From NCBI RefSeq assembly GCF_006345805.1, contig NC_043001.1:89404001-89468000 (forward strand): DNA of 64,000 nt. Reading direction: 5' to 3'. Positions 34,928 through 49,707 of this stretch are shown piece after piece. The position numbers were made by a program, and so were the translations under genes. The notes beneath the pieces were generated by a model, which had not been told where the DNA came from, made no database searches, and worked only from the letters and a program-made list of their open reading frames with translations. Origin of the DNA: Octopus sinensis. Lineage: Eukaryota. The stretch's first letter is position 1. Each line of letters starts with the position of its first letter.

Positions 34928-37900
34928 GTATGTATAAACATAAAATATTTATATAGAATTTATCTCCTTGATTAACAAACCAAAGGGTGGTGCCATGTGA
35001 AAAGCGCCCACCATACTCTGTAAAGTGGCTGGTGTTTGGAAGGGCATCCAGCCATAAAAACCAAGCCAAATAACACTGGAACCTGGTGCAGCTGTCCTGC
35101 TTGCCAGCTCTGGTAAAACTGTCCAATCCATGCCAATATGGAAAATGGATGTTAAAGGATGATGCTGATAAAGATGATGAATACATTATGTAACTTTACA
35201 TCTCATAATGTACAGAACACTCAATTGATTTCTGTCTTCTTCATTTTTTAAGTAAGAGTACTTGGAAGATATATAATATTTAATGCTGCCCTTATATTTC
35301 TGGAAATCATGACCGAGCAAAAATTATAGTAAAGTGAAAGGTAAATTACATGGTCAGAACCCAATAGCATTGTAACATGATTTTTGTCTTTCAGTAGTAA
35401 CTGTTATTTCCTCTTTGCTTACTCCCAGAAAGTATGAAAAATGGCTAATATTTCCTTCAAACTTTGCTTTTGTTACATTTATTCAAACCTCAAAGTATGC
35501 CTCTCAACACATAGCTACGATGCTCCCCCATTACTCCTGCTCATGATCAGAGATGCATGTATTGTCAGCCACTAAGGGGCATGCTCAAGTGATTAAGTCC
35601 AAGCCACTGATAAGTAAATCTGGTATTGAGCAGAATATCTGCTATGATATTTCTGCTTCGGCAACTCAGCACTGAATCTATCTGAAATGTAATGGAAAAT
35701 AGGTCAGTTTCAAAACAATGATGTCCAGGTCTCAGAAGCAAAATTTAAAGGGAATAGTAGTAATTTCCTTTGATTTCTAGATAGAAGCAAATAGGAAATA
35801 ACACTCACTGGCCAAAAAAAAAACAAAAAAATTATTATACAATGTAATCTATACTACAAAATTAATAATAGTAAAATAAAAAAGAACAAAAACAAAAATA
35901 AATAATAGCATAAGCAATAATAAACAAGTGGACTAATGAAATAAATAAATCAACTCGATCTAATTTGGACTATGAATATATTAAAAACCCATTAATGATA
36001 AATTCTAGATTTTGTAGGTTTTAAGCCTATTGAAATAATCAAAGAAGTTAAAGCATATGTAATGTTGTATTTGACTGAGTCATCTGCATGAAACCCTCAG
36101 CCCTTGAGTCACTCTGTGATCAATTCTGTTAAGATTGATCCTGATCCTCATGGAATAGATGAAAAACTGAGACGATTGGCAGTTTACTGTGCTTGAGAAG
36201 ATCAGTCTATTACAGCAAAAAATAATGTTCTAAAAGCTTTCTGTTCATGCTTGTAATCCACTCTGCTACATCAAGCATCCCCCACATTTCATTTCCCTAA
36301 CACCTAGCTCTTTACCACTCCTCTGTCTATGGCACTACTCAGCAACTGTAATCTTGAGAGCAGAATTGGCACATATTTACTCTGTTGCCTCCTCCACCCC
36401 TCCATTGGAACCTTCTATCCCTTATTATCCTCTCTTCCCTTCCCACTCTAATTTCATTGATCACTTCCTTTCTGTGCCTTCAATTATTTCTCTCCTCTGC
36501 CATATTCCATTTTAACACCCTTCTCATGTCAGCCATCACACCCACACACTATAGCAACCCTATATCTTCCTCCCCATCACTCTTACATCTTCTGATCTAT
36601 TCTCCTCCCTTAGCCACTTATATTTCTCACCTTATTCATCTCCATACTATTTCCCATCAACTGCACTTCCCCACTTATTCATCATCCACTACCTTAACCC
36701 CACCCCCCTCCTAACCATCTGTTATCTCCTCTCACACTCTGTTGAAACTACCTGTGCTTTCATCCATTGTCCTTATCTTTTCTGCTCACCTTCTTGTACC
36801 ATGAGAGTTTTCTCCATCATCCTCTCCCTACAATCTTTAACTTCTCAGCTACTCCTACCCCACCTTATATAATATTGGATAGCCATGTCTCCTTTATAGC
36901 AAGACACCTGTGCTTGTCCCTCTATCATACTTTAGTCTTTCAAAGACTGGCATAAAGCCACTTACCTGTCAAATACTCATAGGATCCTTCCTTTTTCCGT
37001 CTTGCAAGTTACTAAGCAACATCACTGGTGCTGGTAGCATTAAAGAAAAGCACCCAATACATACTGTAAAGTGGTTAGCATAAGTTAAGGGCTTCCAGCC
37101 ATAGAAACCATACCAAAGCTGACACAAGAGCTAAGTGTAGCTTTGCAGCTTACCAGATCTTGTCAAACCATTCAACCCATGCCAGAATGATACAAGAACA
37201 TTAAATGATGATAATATATTTGTGAATCATTGTTTTAATGGCCTCCTGTCCATGTTTGCATGGATTGGACAGAGTTTATATCCATATCTGCAGATTTTCT
37301 ATGACTGGATACCTTTCTGTCACCAGCCAGCACCTGTTTTCTTGCTAATTTTTATTTCCTTATAGCCAGACATGTTTTCACAGAAGATTGGAAATGAAGT
37401 ACATCTAGAGGAGTAGTAACTCTAAATGACTTGGGTTCTAGTAACGTGTCCAGTCCATGCCACCATGGAAAAGTAGGAAAGTAGGTGCAAAATGATGATG
37501 ATCATTATTATTCTATTTGAAGAACTTTCAATATTTCTGGTTATTTGCAGATAATTATGCAAGTTTTAATGGATTTAAATATGACAAATTTGTAAAATTC
37601 TACAATTTTGTACTTTTACCCAAGAGATTATTTCATATAAGCTTTAACTAAAAGAGAAAATCAATTTGCTATTTTCTTAAAACTATTTCTATATTGCTTC
37701 AATAGCCTTAAAACCATTTTTATACAGCTTTTTGTTGTTAGTAAATAATATTTAATCTAAAAAAAAAATGGTGCCATATATGAAAGACGTGTTTTATATT
37801 TGATTATTTATATGAAATATCTCCATGTATTCTTCTTTATGTCATCAAATCTAGACAGCCAACACTGTCAGTCATCATCACTATTTGTCATCACTATCAG

Positions 37901-38832
37901 CTTGGCCATCAATTCATTGATTCAATACTCATTTTTTAAAATTCTATTTTAGCTTCCCACAAGACTATTCTTACTAGAGTTCTCTCGTGACATTTTTCTC
38001 TTCCATTTTACTGGACATTTCTTACCCTAAGGGTGGTTTTGTTATTTCTTCTTTCCCTTTTTAAAACAGCTCATCATCACAAAAAAAAAAACACAAAAAA
38101 ACTATGATGAATATGATAGATGATTGGTGGGTACAGACATGTCTTTAATATAATATTTTTCTTTCATCTTATGCTTAAAATTGCATAAATTTCATGCTTT
38201 TATTTTTTTCTTCAGATATTTCCAAATGAATTTTGTATATTTTAAAAAATATTTACCTCTACCAAATCATTGTTGCTGATTCATCATTATTGTAACATAT
38301 TTATTTTTGCTCATCTTTAATTCTGTAATATTTTCTGATCTGTTTTACAAGTGCCATGCAATATTGCATTTCTGTAACTGCAGCAAGTCTTTTCAGTTGC
38401 GATTTCAAATGTGTATCAAATTATTATCTCAAGTAAAATATTGTTGAATACTGTTGAAAATATGTTGCCCTTATATATATATGTGTTTACACACAACGGC
38501 CTTCTTTCATTATCTGTATATCAGATCTAGTCACAAAGCTTTGGTCAGCAAAGAGTTTTGTATGTGTGTGTGTGGGTGTGCATGCATGTATCTGTATTTC
38601 ACCTGTCTTTACTTGTCCACTGACTGTATACAAAAGCAACAAACCGTGAAATTACATCTGGACTCCTTGACATGTCTTGACATGCTGTGTGATCTTTATG
38701 AACAGAAACGACTTGTAACCATGTCCTGACTGTTTTGGCAACAAAAAGAATATCTGGCTGTAGAAAATTTGCCTCAATGAATTCTGTCTGCCCCATGCAA
38801 GCATGGAAAGTGGACATTAACATGATGACAGT

Positions 38833-38863
<31 letters not shown>

Positions 38864-39085
38864 ATGCATTTGTCCTTGCATGAAACACCCAGTGCACAAT
38901 AATTATCATTTAGAAATGAAAATTTGTTGCATATAATCTATATCTGTTGATTTTTATTGGCAGATTTTGTTTTTCTATATCTGACTGTATGTTTTTTTTA
39001 ATCAAAACACAAATGTGGTGTACTCCTTCACATACACACACACTTGGTAAATTATTAAAACAACAGGAAAAATCATGATTTCTGT

Positions 39086-39091
39086 TTTATT
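39086..39091 (-). other. Candidate polyadenylation signal for FBF1 homologue
   Basis: AATAAA on the - strand about 370 nt downstream of the stop codon. The sequence is AT-rich, so a chance match is possible. Confidence 0.25.
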
Positions 39092-39463
39092 AAGAAATGT
39101 ATGTAAAGTATTTTTACAAAATGATATAAATTATTATAATAAGAGCTATGTTAAAATCCGCCCCCACCAAAACGGGAAAACAATATTGACGTATAAATCA
39201 TATAAAGATGTCAAAATATAAATAGGATTATTAAGTTTGATAACGTTTTGGTGACTATTTGGTATTAGCATGGAATGATTTGTCAACACTGAGGTGACAT
39301 GTGGCACAATAAGATAAATGGCCTCAGTGTCAATGCTCTGACAGAGAGGTCTTGCAATGGCTTTGATATCGTGTTTGTACATGACTCGGAGAGCTTTATA
39401 TAAAATGTAAATTAAGATTCTGAATGGTTTTCATAAATAGAGATGGCAGGTGTGGGTCAAGAA

Positions 39464-39547
39464 TCATTTGAGTGTGTAATCAGCAAGGTACTGTGAACGT
39501 TCTAGAGTTGCCAAGTAGAGATTTTCTCCAAACAAAAATTCCTGGTC
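39464..39547 (-). CDS. FBF1: FBF1 homologue terminal coding exon
   Basis: ttttctggacag acceptor, DQEFLFGENLYLATLERSQYLADYTLK* matches the FBF1 C-terminal DRDFLENEQFFLETL motif (from memory). Stop TGA 39466-39464. Missed by the ORF track. Confidence 0.85.
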   Translation of the reverse strand, partial: DQEFLFGENLYLATLERSQYLADYTLK

Positions 39548-40436
39548 CTGTCCAGAAAAGCAAAAACATGTATTTCATTATTTCATATAATAAAGGCAAT
39601 TTGCAGCAAAAATTTTATAGTTGGGTATTAAAGGTATATTAAATCAGATACATCTGGTCACTTAAGTACAAATTTCCCACCAGGCAGGATTAGGTGGATT
39701 AAGAGCAGCCAATATCTTACAGCTCTTTCATTTGTATAAAAGACATTTCAGCACCTTTCTGAGTAGAATGTTTTGAAATTGTATACAGCACAGATATGAT
39801 TGTATAGTTGAAACCCCCATAAACATGACTGTCTTAAATCACACTCTACTGTGTTATGAATGTATACATGAGCCAATGAAGTAGACTTCTGTGTGTTAGC
39901 TAGGCCTGCAATAAAAAACAGTCAAGTCATCCTTAAATTATACCTACTATCTTGTATATGTATGTATAAGGGTGACCTTTGTGTGGTAGCTCAACTTGTA
40001 TGAAACAGAAGCTGAATCATCCTCAATTCCCACACAAGCCTTATGTATGTGTGTATGTATGTCTTGACTTGATAGGAATAGCAACCAGATTACCTTCAAG
40101 TTACTCTCATGTGTATATATATAATAAATACATGATTCAAAGGCAGAGATCTCTACATTGTAGCCAGATCTGATAGAATAGAATAGCAGCCAAATCTCTC
40201 TCACATCAAAGTCTATTATGTATAATCTAAAAAAGAACACTATATAGTAGCACAACCTACTAAAAATAGTAGCTAATTTATCATATTACACTATTGTTTT
40301 ACTGTGTGTGTGTATAGGTGAGGGAACAACAAGCAGGTGTATTAGTTTGATTCTTGGGAAGAATGGAAAAGTCTCTGATGTTTCAAGCCTATGCTCTTTG
40401 ACAGAAAGGGATGAGAGAGAAAACAAATTATACATA

Positions 40437-43400
40437 CAGGTAATCGAGGTAGTCAGAGATAAGGTAATCGAGGTAGTCAGAGTAAGTGATAAAGTACTTA
40501 AGATTAGATTAGTGCTTCACCATAGGTCAACTACCATCATCTCAGCATATGCCCCTCAACCAGGGCTACCGGAAGGACAGAAAGACCAATTCTATGACAC
40601 CCTATTGCGGACTACCTCGTTGACAAATGACAGTGACCTTCTCTTTATGGCAGGTGATTTCAATGGACATGTTGGACGGCATGTCGGGGGCTTCCATGGC
40701 GTTCATGGAGGCTACGGTTTTGGCTCTTGAAATGAGGAGGGAACCAGGCTGCTGGAGTTCTGCGATGCAAATGACCTTATGGTTTGCAATACCAGCTTCA
40801 GGAAACCCACCTCTCACCTACCGTTCTGGCAGACACACTAGTCAGATTGACTGCATCCTCGCCAGAAAGAGGGAAAGAGGGCTGCTTATAAATGCCAAAA
40901 CCTTTCCAGGCGAAGAATGTACTCCTCAACATAGATTAGTAGTTAGCGACATCAGGATCAGAGCTAAATGGTTGCCCAGAAGAAGACCAGCTTGGAGGAG
41001 AAGGGTCTGGAAGCTTAAAGATCCTGCAAATGGACAGAGATTTAGAGACATACTACTCGAAGCCTTTGACGAAATAGAAGGGGATATAGCTTCACTTAAT
41101 GTGGAAGACAACTGGAGATTTCTACGGGACAATCTGCTGACAGCCACTGACCAGATCTGTGGATGGAGCAAAGTCCCATCTCAATCCAGAGTAACGTGGT
41201 GGTGGAACAGTGTGGTTGACAGGGCTATTAGACAAAAGAAACAGGCTTGGAGGGACTGGAAGAACGGTGGTAGCAGGGAATTGTATCAGACAGCCAGAAG
41301 GGAAGCTAGGGGACAGGTTTATTTAGCCAAAGGGGAAGCGGATAAGAAAAAATTTGCCAATGTTCTGCGCCGTGAGGATGAAAGACTTGAGATATTTCGT
41401 GTTGCAAGACAGTGTGTGAGAGAGAATCGTGATGTGTTAGGAGAGAAATGTGTCCGCATGGATGATGGTTCACTTGCGCTAAATGAGGATGCAAAGAGAG
41501 AGGTTTGGAGATGCCACTATGAAAGGTTGCTGAATAAAGAAAATGAATGGGATAAAGAGAGTCTGCCAAATGTCAACCCAACAGAGGGACTAGCCATCCA
41601 AGTTGACAATTCTTTGATAGTTAAAGCAATTAGAAGCATGAAGACAGGGAAAGCCCCAGGCCCATCAGGAATTACTGCAGAGATGCTCAAAATATCTGGC
41701 AGTGTCGGCTATAACCTAGTCACCCGTATAGTTAACCAGGTGATACACGAAGGAGTCATACCCAATGACTGGTGTAGCAGCATACTAGTCAACTGCTACA
41801 AAGGTAAAGGAGACGCCCTAGATACAAATAATTATAGAGGTATCAAGCTGTTGGATCAGGTAATGAAGGTTACAGAGAAGGTCATAGCCCAACTGGTTAG
41901 GGAGAGAGTCAACTTGGACGAGATGCAGTTTGGTTTCATGCCAGGGAAAAGCACCACTGATGCCATATTTCTGGTGAGACAGCTGCAGGAGAAATACCTA
42001 GCCAAAGATAAGCCCCTGTACCTGGCTTTTGTTGACATGGAGAAAGCCTTTGACAGGGTCTCCCGATCCCTTATCTGGTGGTCAATGAGGAAACTAGGGA
42101 TAGATGAATGGCTGGTGAGGGCTGTGCAAGCCATGTACAGGGATGCCGTAAGTAAGGTTAGGGTTGGCAACATGTACACAGAAGAATTCAAAGTAGAGGT
42201 TGGGGTCCACCAGGGTTCAGTACTCAGCCCCCTCCTATTTATCATAGTCCTCCAGGCAATTACGGAGGAATTCAAGACAGGTTGCCCCTGGGAGCTCCTA
42301 TATGCTGACGACCTTGCTCTAATTGCTGAGTCACTATCAGAACTGGAGGAGAAGTTCCAGGTGTGGAAGGAAAGTCTAGAATCGAGGGGCCTTAGAGTCA
42401 ACCTAGCTAAAACCAAAGTACTAATAAGTAGGAAGGTAGACAATCCACAAATGTCTTCAGGAAGATGGCCCTGTTCGATCTGTAGAAAAGGTGTAGGTAG
42501 AAACTCTATAAGATGTACCCAGTGTAAGCTATGGACACATAAGAGGTGCAGCAATATCAAAGGAAGGCTAACTGGGAAAATAGTTTTTATATGTGGCAGA
42601 TGCTCAGGAGCAATAAACACCTGAAAATGTGCAGAGAACAACTTCCGCCATATTCCAGGGAGAAAAACTAGAAGTAGTTGATAGCTTCCATTATCTTGGT
42701 GACCAAGTCAGTAGTGGGGGTGGGTGTGCTGAAAGTGTAATGGCTAGAGTAAGAATAGCCTGGGCAAAGTTTAGGGAGCTCTTACCTCTGTTGGTGACTA
42801 AAGGCCTCTCGCTCAGAGTAAAAGGCAGACTGTATGATGCATGTGTACGAACAGCCATGCTACATGGCAGTGAAACATGGGCCGTGACTGCAGAGGACAT
42901 GCGTAAGTATGCTCTGATGGATGTGTAATGTCAGTGTGCATGCTCGACAGAGCGTTAGTACCCTGAGAGAAATGTTGGACCTAAGGAGCATCAGTTGTGG
43001 TATGCAAGAGAGACGATTGCGCTGGTATGGTCATGTGGCGAGAATGGATGAAGATAGGTGTGTGAAAAAGTGCCAATCCCTAGCAGTGGAGGGAACCCGT
43101 GGAAGAGGTAGACCCAGGAAAACTTGGGCTGAGGTGGTGAAGCACGACCTTCGAACTTTAGGTCTCACTGAGGAAATGACCTGCGACCGAGACCTTTGGA
43201 GATATGCTGTGCATGAAAAGACCAGGCAGGACAAGTGAGTCCAGCCCACTTATGCATGCCTTTCCTCCCTTGGACACACAAAGACCTGTTGAGGCAAGCG
43301 AAGTCGATATTGAACCTCATCCGACGACAGGTACCTATGCCAACCCCACTTTGCTTGCGAAGACCTGTTGGGGCAAGTGAAATCGAAATCGAAATTGAGC

Positions 43401-43836
43401 CAATCCTATGACTGGCATCCGGCAGATGCCAGGACCCCTGGACTGGAGATACGTAAAGAGCACTATCCGAATCGTGGCCGATGCCAGTGCCGCCTCGACT
43501 GGCTTCTGTGTCGGTGGCACGTAAAAAGCACCATCCGAATCGTGGCCGAAGCCAGTGCCGCCTCGACTGGCTTCCGTGCAGGTGGCACGTAAAATGCACC
43601 AACCCAACCGTGGCCGATGCCAGCCTCGCCTGGCTCCAGTGCAGGTGGCACATAAAAAGCACCCACTACACTCACGGAGTGGTTGGCGTTAGGAAGGGCA
43701 TCCAGCTGTAGAAACATTGCCAGATAAGACCGGAGCCTGGTGCAGCCTCCTGGCTTCCCAGATCCCCGGTTGAACTGTCCAACCCATGCTAGCATGGAGA
43801 ACGGACGTTAAACGATGATGATGATGATGATGATGA
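40437..43836 (+). mobile_element. RTE LINE copy 2 (longer 5' end including endonuclease; disrupted), in last FBF1 intron, antisense to gene
   Basis: IISAYAPQ and GDFNGHVG endonuclease motifs. Stop at 40728, frameshifts near 40800 and 42625, deletion near 42907. RT and PHD-like finger present. Three clear 62-68-bp 3' UTR modules (43508, 43576, 43639) and a (TGA)n tail. Confidence 0.95.
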
Positions 43837-44403
43837 TATATAGGAACCTAGAAGAGAGCCTCTACACGATATAAGTACCAATTTGAGATAGGAAAAGAAA
43901 AGGACTCAAACTACATATCTATTGTTCTTACTTTTGTGGTTAAGGAGTGTCTCTGTAACTCTAGGCTGATGAAAAACTAGTCAATGGATTTGGTGGACAG
44001 AAACTAAAAGAAGCCAGTCATATGTTTGTACATATTTATATGTAATGTATGTATGATGTGCATGTGTCTTAAATATTCTCCAATTATTGTGAGCTACAAG
44101 TGGTGACATTGCTGTGATTTCTCCTGTTAACAAATCACCTGCTGCTTAGTGACAGGAAGGACATTTGGCTGTAGAACAATACTTAATACATTCATCTACC
44201 ACATGCTGGCATGGGAAAAATAGACATAAAAATTAAATTGCGTACTAGGCTTACTGTGTTATGCTGTAGAATGCCTGTTATTGATTCTAAAATTAAGTAT
44301 GATAAATGTTTATCTGCTCTTTAATCATACTGTTTAACATCTCATTTGGTTCATAGATAATTGGACAGACACTCAGTACTAGCAAAGAATATTAACACAA
44401 CAA

Positions 44404-44595
44404 AGGGCGGCGAGCTGGCAGAAACATTAGCACGCCGGGTGAAATGCTTAGCAGCATTCCGCCGAGGCTGACTTTGCCTTTCATCCTTTTAGGGTCGATT
44501 AAATAAGTACCAGTTACGCAGTGAAGTCGATATAATTGACTTAATCCGTTTGTTTGTCCCCTTTGTGTGTAGCCCCTTGTGGGCAGTAAAAAAAT
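44404..44595 (+). mobile_element. SINE family B copy with 19-bp target-site duplication
   Basis: AAGAATA(T/C)TAACACAACAA at 44385-44403 and 44596-44614 (one mismatch). Confidence 0.85.
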
Positions 44596-46291
44596 AAGAA
44601 TACTAACACAACAAGAAAACCACATTTTAGAAGACTGCAATGAAAATCAGTTCCCAAAACAAATCATAAATAAATCTGGTTTTTATTTTATCTTTCATCT
44701 TTTACTTGTTTCAGTCACTGGACTACAGCCATGCTGGAGCACCACCTTGAAGGGGTTAGTCAAACAAATCGATCCTAGTACTTATTTTTTAAAGTTTAGT
44801 ACTTACTGAACTGCTAAGTTATGGGGATGTAAATAAACCAATATTGATTGTCAAGCAGTGGAGAAAAAACAAACACACACACACATGATGGGCTTTCACA
44901 TAGTTTCTGATTATCAGATTCACTCACAAGACACTGGGTGGCCAGGAGCCATGGTAAAGAAACTTGCTCAAGGTGCTGTGCAGTGGGACTGAACCTTGTA
45001 GTTGCAAAAAGAGCTTAACCACACTGTCATACCTACAGCTACTATGGTTAAGATTTTTCAATAAATGATAGACAATATATAAACACAATATGAGTCAGAC
45101 AAAAAGATTAAATAACAAATAAATATTTATAGTTCTTTTCTTTTAGAAATTGAGACAAAAGCTCTGTAGTATAAACAGCAATGTATTTGTTGGCAAATGA
45201 TAGATTTGTGGTTCGAGACTCATCATTGAGCATGTTTTTGTGTTTTAAATGAGTGATTATAATGACTAATGTAATTTATATTAAAATCTTAGGTGCTAAT
45301 TTATTATGTTTAAGGCAGTGAGCTGGCAGAATTGTTTACTGTGCCAGACAAAATACTTGACAGCGTTTCTTTTGGCTTTATGCTCTGAGTTCAAATGTCA
45401 TTGAGGTTAACTTGGCCTTTCATCAATTTTGGGTCACTAAAATAAATACCAGTTCAGCACTGGCTTGATGGAATTGACCAGTCCTTCCCCACAACATGTC
45501 TTGTGTCTATAATAAAAAGCTAAGAGAAATAATGGTTGTGACTAGTGTTAGTGACAAGTAAAAGGCATCCAGTAACTATGTAGAGTGGTCAACATTAAAA
45601 AGGGTATCCAGTCACAGAAACCAAGCCAAAACAGATGACTGGAGCCTGGAGCAGCTCTCTGGCTTACCAGCTCTGATCAAACTGACAAACCCATGCTAGC
45701 ATGGCAAACAGATGTTAAATGAAGATAATTGTGTGAGTTGTTTTTTTTTAGCTCACCTCTCTACTCTCTATAATATAGAGACTTCTTTTGTTCCCAGTAA
45801 CTGTGTAATGCCAATGGGAATTTATTAGCTAAGTTCACTTCATGTATTATGTAGAGAAATGACTTTTCAGCCATAGTGAAAGTGATCTTTCAAGGAAGTC
45901 AGGCACTTGGAACAAACACAACAGTGACAATAGAGGAGAGATTCCTCAAGCTGCAGTGTGGGCAATTTGTCTAGTAGAACTAACTCTGAATGTAAACACT
46001 GATACAGATTAGATAGGAGTTATTAGACCATCTGTAAACAATCTACCAAGATACTACTTGAAGCATGCTAAAATATACCCAGTCCATGTTGTAAAGAGGT
46101 TAGTGTTAGCTGTAAAAAATAATCAACAAACAATAAAACATGACATGCATAACAATGATAGCAGTTTTGTTGTGGCATGTACTAAATGACAAAAGACTGG
46201 GTCAAGTGATAAGATACTGAGAGACCAATCTTACTCATGTCAACAGAAAAACAAAATCTAAAATGATGATGATGGTGACATATATAGGCAT

Positions 46292-46685
46292 AGGAGTGGC
46301 TGTGTGGTAAGTAGCTTGCTTACGAACCACATGGTTCTGGGTTCAGTCCCATTGCGTGGCATCTTAGGCAAGTGTCTTCTACTATAGCCTTGGGCTGACC
46401 AAAGCCTTGTGAGTGGATTTGGTAGACAGAAACTGAAAGAAGCCCCCGTTGTATATATGTATATATATATGTATGTGTGTATGTTTGTGTGTCTGTGTTT
46501 GTCCCCCCCAACATCACTTGACAACCAATGCTGGTGTGTTTACGTCCCCGTAACTTTCCTGGTTCAGCAAAAGAGACCGATAGAATAAGTACTAGGCTTA
46601 CAAAGAATAAGTCCTAGGGTCAATTTGCTCGACTAAAGGCAGTGCTCCAGCATGGCCACAGTCAAATGGCTGAAACAAGTAAAAG
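46292..46685 (+). mobile_element. Full-length SINE family A copy
   Basis: tRNA-like head, central (TA/TG)n, and a 3' part ending CAGTCAAATGGCTGAAACAAGTAAAAG. A similar full copy lies at about 49708-50110. Confidence 0.85.
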
Positions 46686-46715
46686 AGGATATATATTATA
46701 TTATATTAGTCTTAC

Positions 46716-47126
46716 CTTGAGAGAATGTATCTTCCATTGTGTTAGCCAGTTGTCAGTTACCATACTGTCCAATGTATCTTGGAAGTTTGTCTGTTGCAGT
46801 GTGTTGCTCACTTGGACAGGAACAAACATAGATGGAAGTTTCTCTGAAGTTTTTAAACTTGCAGCCATAGTGGAAAGTCCTTGAGTTGCCAACTTGGTTT
46901 CAGTCATTGGCACTCGGCACCGGAAACAAAGATGGCTCTTACGTAGTTCTTCCAAACCCTGTCTCTCATGATGCATTTTGATCTGTTGTTCAGCCAGCTC
47001 TTTTTCCCTTTCAGTCAATAAATCCATCTGCTTCAGCAAGTCTTTCCATCGTTGTTTATGCTCCATATCAAGTTTGCTGCTTTTGGTGAGGGCTAACTCA
47101 CCTTCGTCTTTTACTCTGTTGGCATT
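46716..47126 (-). CDS. FBF1: FBF1 homologue penultimate coding exon
   Basis: caatttag acceptor, NANRVKDEGELALTKSSKLDMEHKQRW...WKIHSLK, gtaaga donor. 411 nt, phase 0-0. Confidence 0.88.
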
Positions 47127-48663
47127 CTAAATTGGGAAAGACAAGAAAATCACTGTCAGCAGCTGGTGAGAGAGAGATCATCCCACTGGCTTTAATGAAA
47201 TACCAGTAATACACTGAATTAAAAAAAAAACATCTATACACCTTTAGCCTCTTCAAAGTAAGGGGAAAGAGTACTGCACCAAAGAAAGATATAAAATATT
47301 GTTGGGAAAGGTTGACATAGTGTAAAAAGACTTCTTGTCTTGGCAAGGACTGTATTATAATTCTCACCATTCTTTAATTCCACCATTCATCTCCCAAACA
47401 CTCATTCCCTTTTCTTATCAACTGTATTATTCTGCTGTCATAAGTAATGAAAGCAGAACTTATTACTGTATACAATATAATATCATCATTTTTGTACTGC
47501 CACCTCTACTCTCAGTCACCACTCCCTCTCCTCTGAGCTACTCCACTCATTCTTATCCCCATCTCATTATTACCACCAACCACCCCCATCTCAGTTTTCC
47601 ATATACTATGTTTACTCCTATAAACATCTGACTACCTCAATCCCATATTTTCTATCCATCCCTCACACTCTTACAACCTTATCCACCCTTGATTCTTCTG
47701 TCTCCATGCTGTTTTCTAGTCACCTTGTTAGATACATTATGCTGAGGGTACACTCTGGCACCTCATCACCACCATGTACACCTCTTCTTTCGATACCACT
47801 CCTGCCGCTCCCATCAACCTATGTAAAATGTGAAGCAGCCACAAATCTCTCCCCACACTTTTGAAGAAGACAGCAGGAAAAAAACAGAAGAAAGAGAGGT
47901 ATGAAATGGTAAGGGCACTGAGGTGAGTTGTGTATAGGGGATCCAGAGCTATACTCATATAAAGGCAAGTATGAACAAAAGGTGCAAGGGAACATGAAAA
48001 CATGAAGAAGAGAAATAGATTAGGGTGGTGAGGATTCAGAGAGAGCCATTGAAGGAAAGAGAGGTGAGAGATATGGCAGGTAGGTGAATGAGGGAGAGAT
48101 GAAAAAATGTTGAGGTAGCAGAGAAACTGTGGGAAGACTGCAAGAGAAAATGAAGCAGAGAGAGAGAGAGAGTGTGATGGAAATATGGACTGAACAGTGA
48201 CAACACTAACATTATCACTTTGAGAGAGCTTTCAAGGTCATCAAGATAATTGAAAGAAAGAAAAAGACTGCAGTTAATCAATGGAAGATATTGCCATGGA
48301 CATGGTACAAATGAATCCCCAAACCCATCATCATCATCTGCTGCTGCTTGGGTCAGACAAAATTTGTTCAGGCAGATTTTTTTACAGTTAGATGATCTTC
48401 CCATCACCAACCTTCAAATGTTTCCAACCAAGATGTTTCACACAGTCAGACATGCTTTCACAGAAGACTGCAAATAAACAACAATACTTGTATGGCGAGA
48501 ATGTTAATTTTAAAAATACCACATGATGACAAGACACAATAAGACACACACATATTTATATATAGACACATGCATACACACACACATATACACATGTGTG
48601 TATATATATATATATATATTCACCTGTATATGTGTACGATGATGATGATATATATATATAAAG

Positions 48664-48695
<32 letters not shown>

Positions 48696-48721
48696 TACAT
48701 ATATACAAAACACACGCATAC

Positions 48722-48878
48722 AATGGGTTTCTTTCAGTTTACAAAATCCACTTGCAAGGTTTTGGTTTACCCAGGGATACAGTAAAAGACATTCACCCAA
48801 GCTGCCATGCAGTGGGACAGAAACTGAAACCATGTGGTTGGGAAGCAAGCTTCTTAACCACACAACCACGCCTGCACC
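48722..48878 (-). mobile_element. SINE family A copy (5' part)
   Basis: Reverse complement of the family A head and core. Confidence 0.8.
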
Positions 48879-48984
48879 TAAAATGACAGCACTGAAATAA
48901 TAGCTGCATTAGTTATGCAGTGTAGTAACCATTGTAACATTTCCCTGACCTTTGTGGTAAATAACAAATGTTGTATCAACTTAC

Positions 48985-49203
48985 TGTATATAAAGACTCT
49001 ACTTGTAAAGACCGTTCTCTGATCTCAGCTGCCATTTTGAAAACTTGGGACTTTTCTTCTTCAAACAGTGACTTCTCTTTGTTCATTTTTTTCTGTTCTT
49101 TTTCCAACATCCTCTGTTCTGTCTCTAAAATCTCTTTCTGTTTGGCACATTTTTCGTTTTCTTCAGAAAGGGCCTTCATTGTCACATCAAACTCAGTTTC
49201 AAT
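48985..49203 (-). CDS. FBF1: FBF1 homologue coding exon
   Basis: gcttacag acceptor, IETEFDVTMK...AAEIRERSLQVESLYT, gtaagt donor. 219 nt, phase 0-0. Confidence 0.9.
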
Positions 49204-49707
49204 CTGTAAGCAACAGCAAAAACAATCAACTATGTGTGTGTGCACACACACGCACACACACAACACAAGAGGCTGATAATGAGAATATAATATTGTATTT
49301 TGTTAAAAATATGTTCACTCTATTAATGAGAGTGCCTGTTTTTTTTTGACTCATGGATTTTTATGCAACCCTCCCTCTCTCTAAGTGCATATATATATAT
49401 ATTTATCATCATCATCATCATCATTTAATATCCATTTTCAATGCTGGCATGGGCTAAACAGTTTGACTTGAGGTGGTAAGCCAGAGAGTTGCACCAGCAC
49501 CAGTCTGTTTTGGAATGGTTTCTGCAGCTGGACACCCTTCCTAACACCAACCACTCTAGACAGTGTACTGGGTACCTTTAATGTGTCACCAATATGAGTG
49601 CCTTTTATGTATCACTGGCATACATGTCATCAGCATGGGTGTCTTTTACATAAAAATATATATATATATATATATATATAGGTGCAGGAGTGGCCTGTAT
49701 GTATTAT

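Noticed and set aside
40420-43850. Target-site duplication for RTE copy 2
   Set aside because: The flanks (ATACATACAGG versus ATATATAGG) are only loosely similar and of low complexity, so no TSD can be supported.
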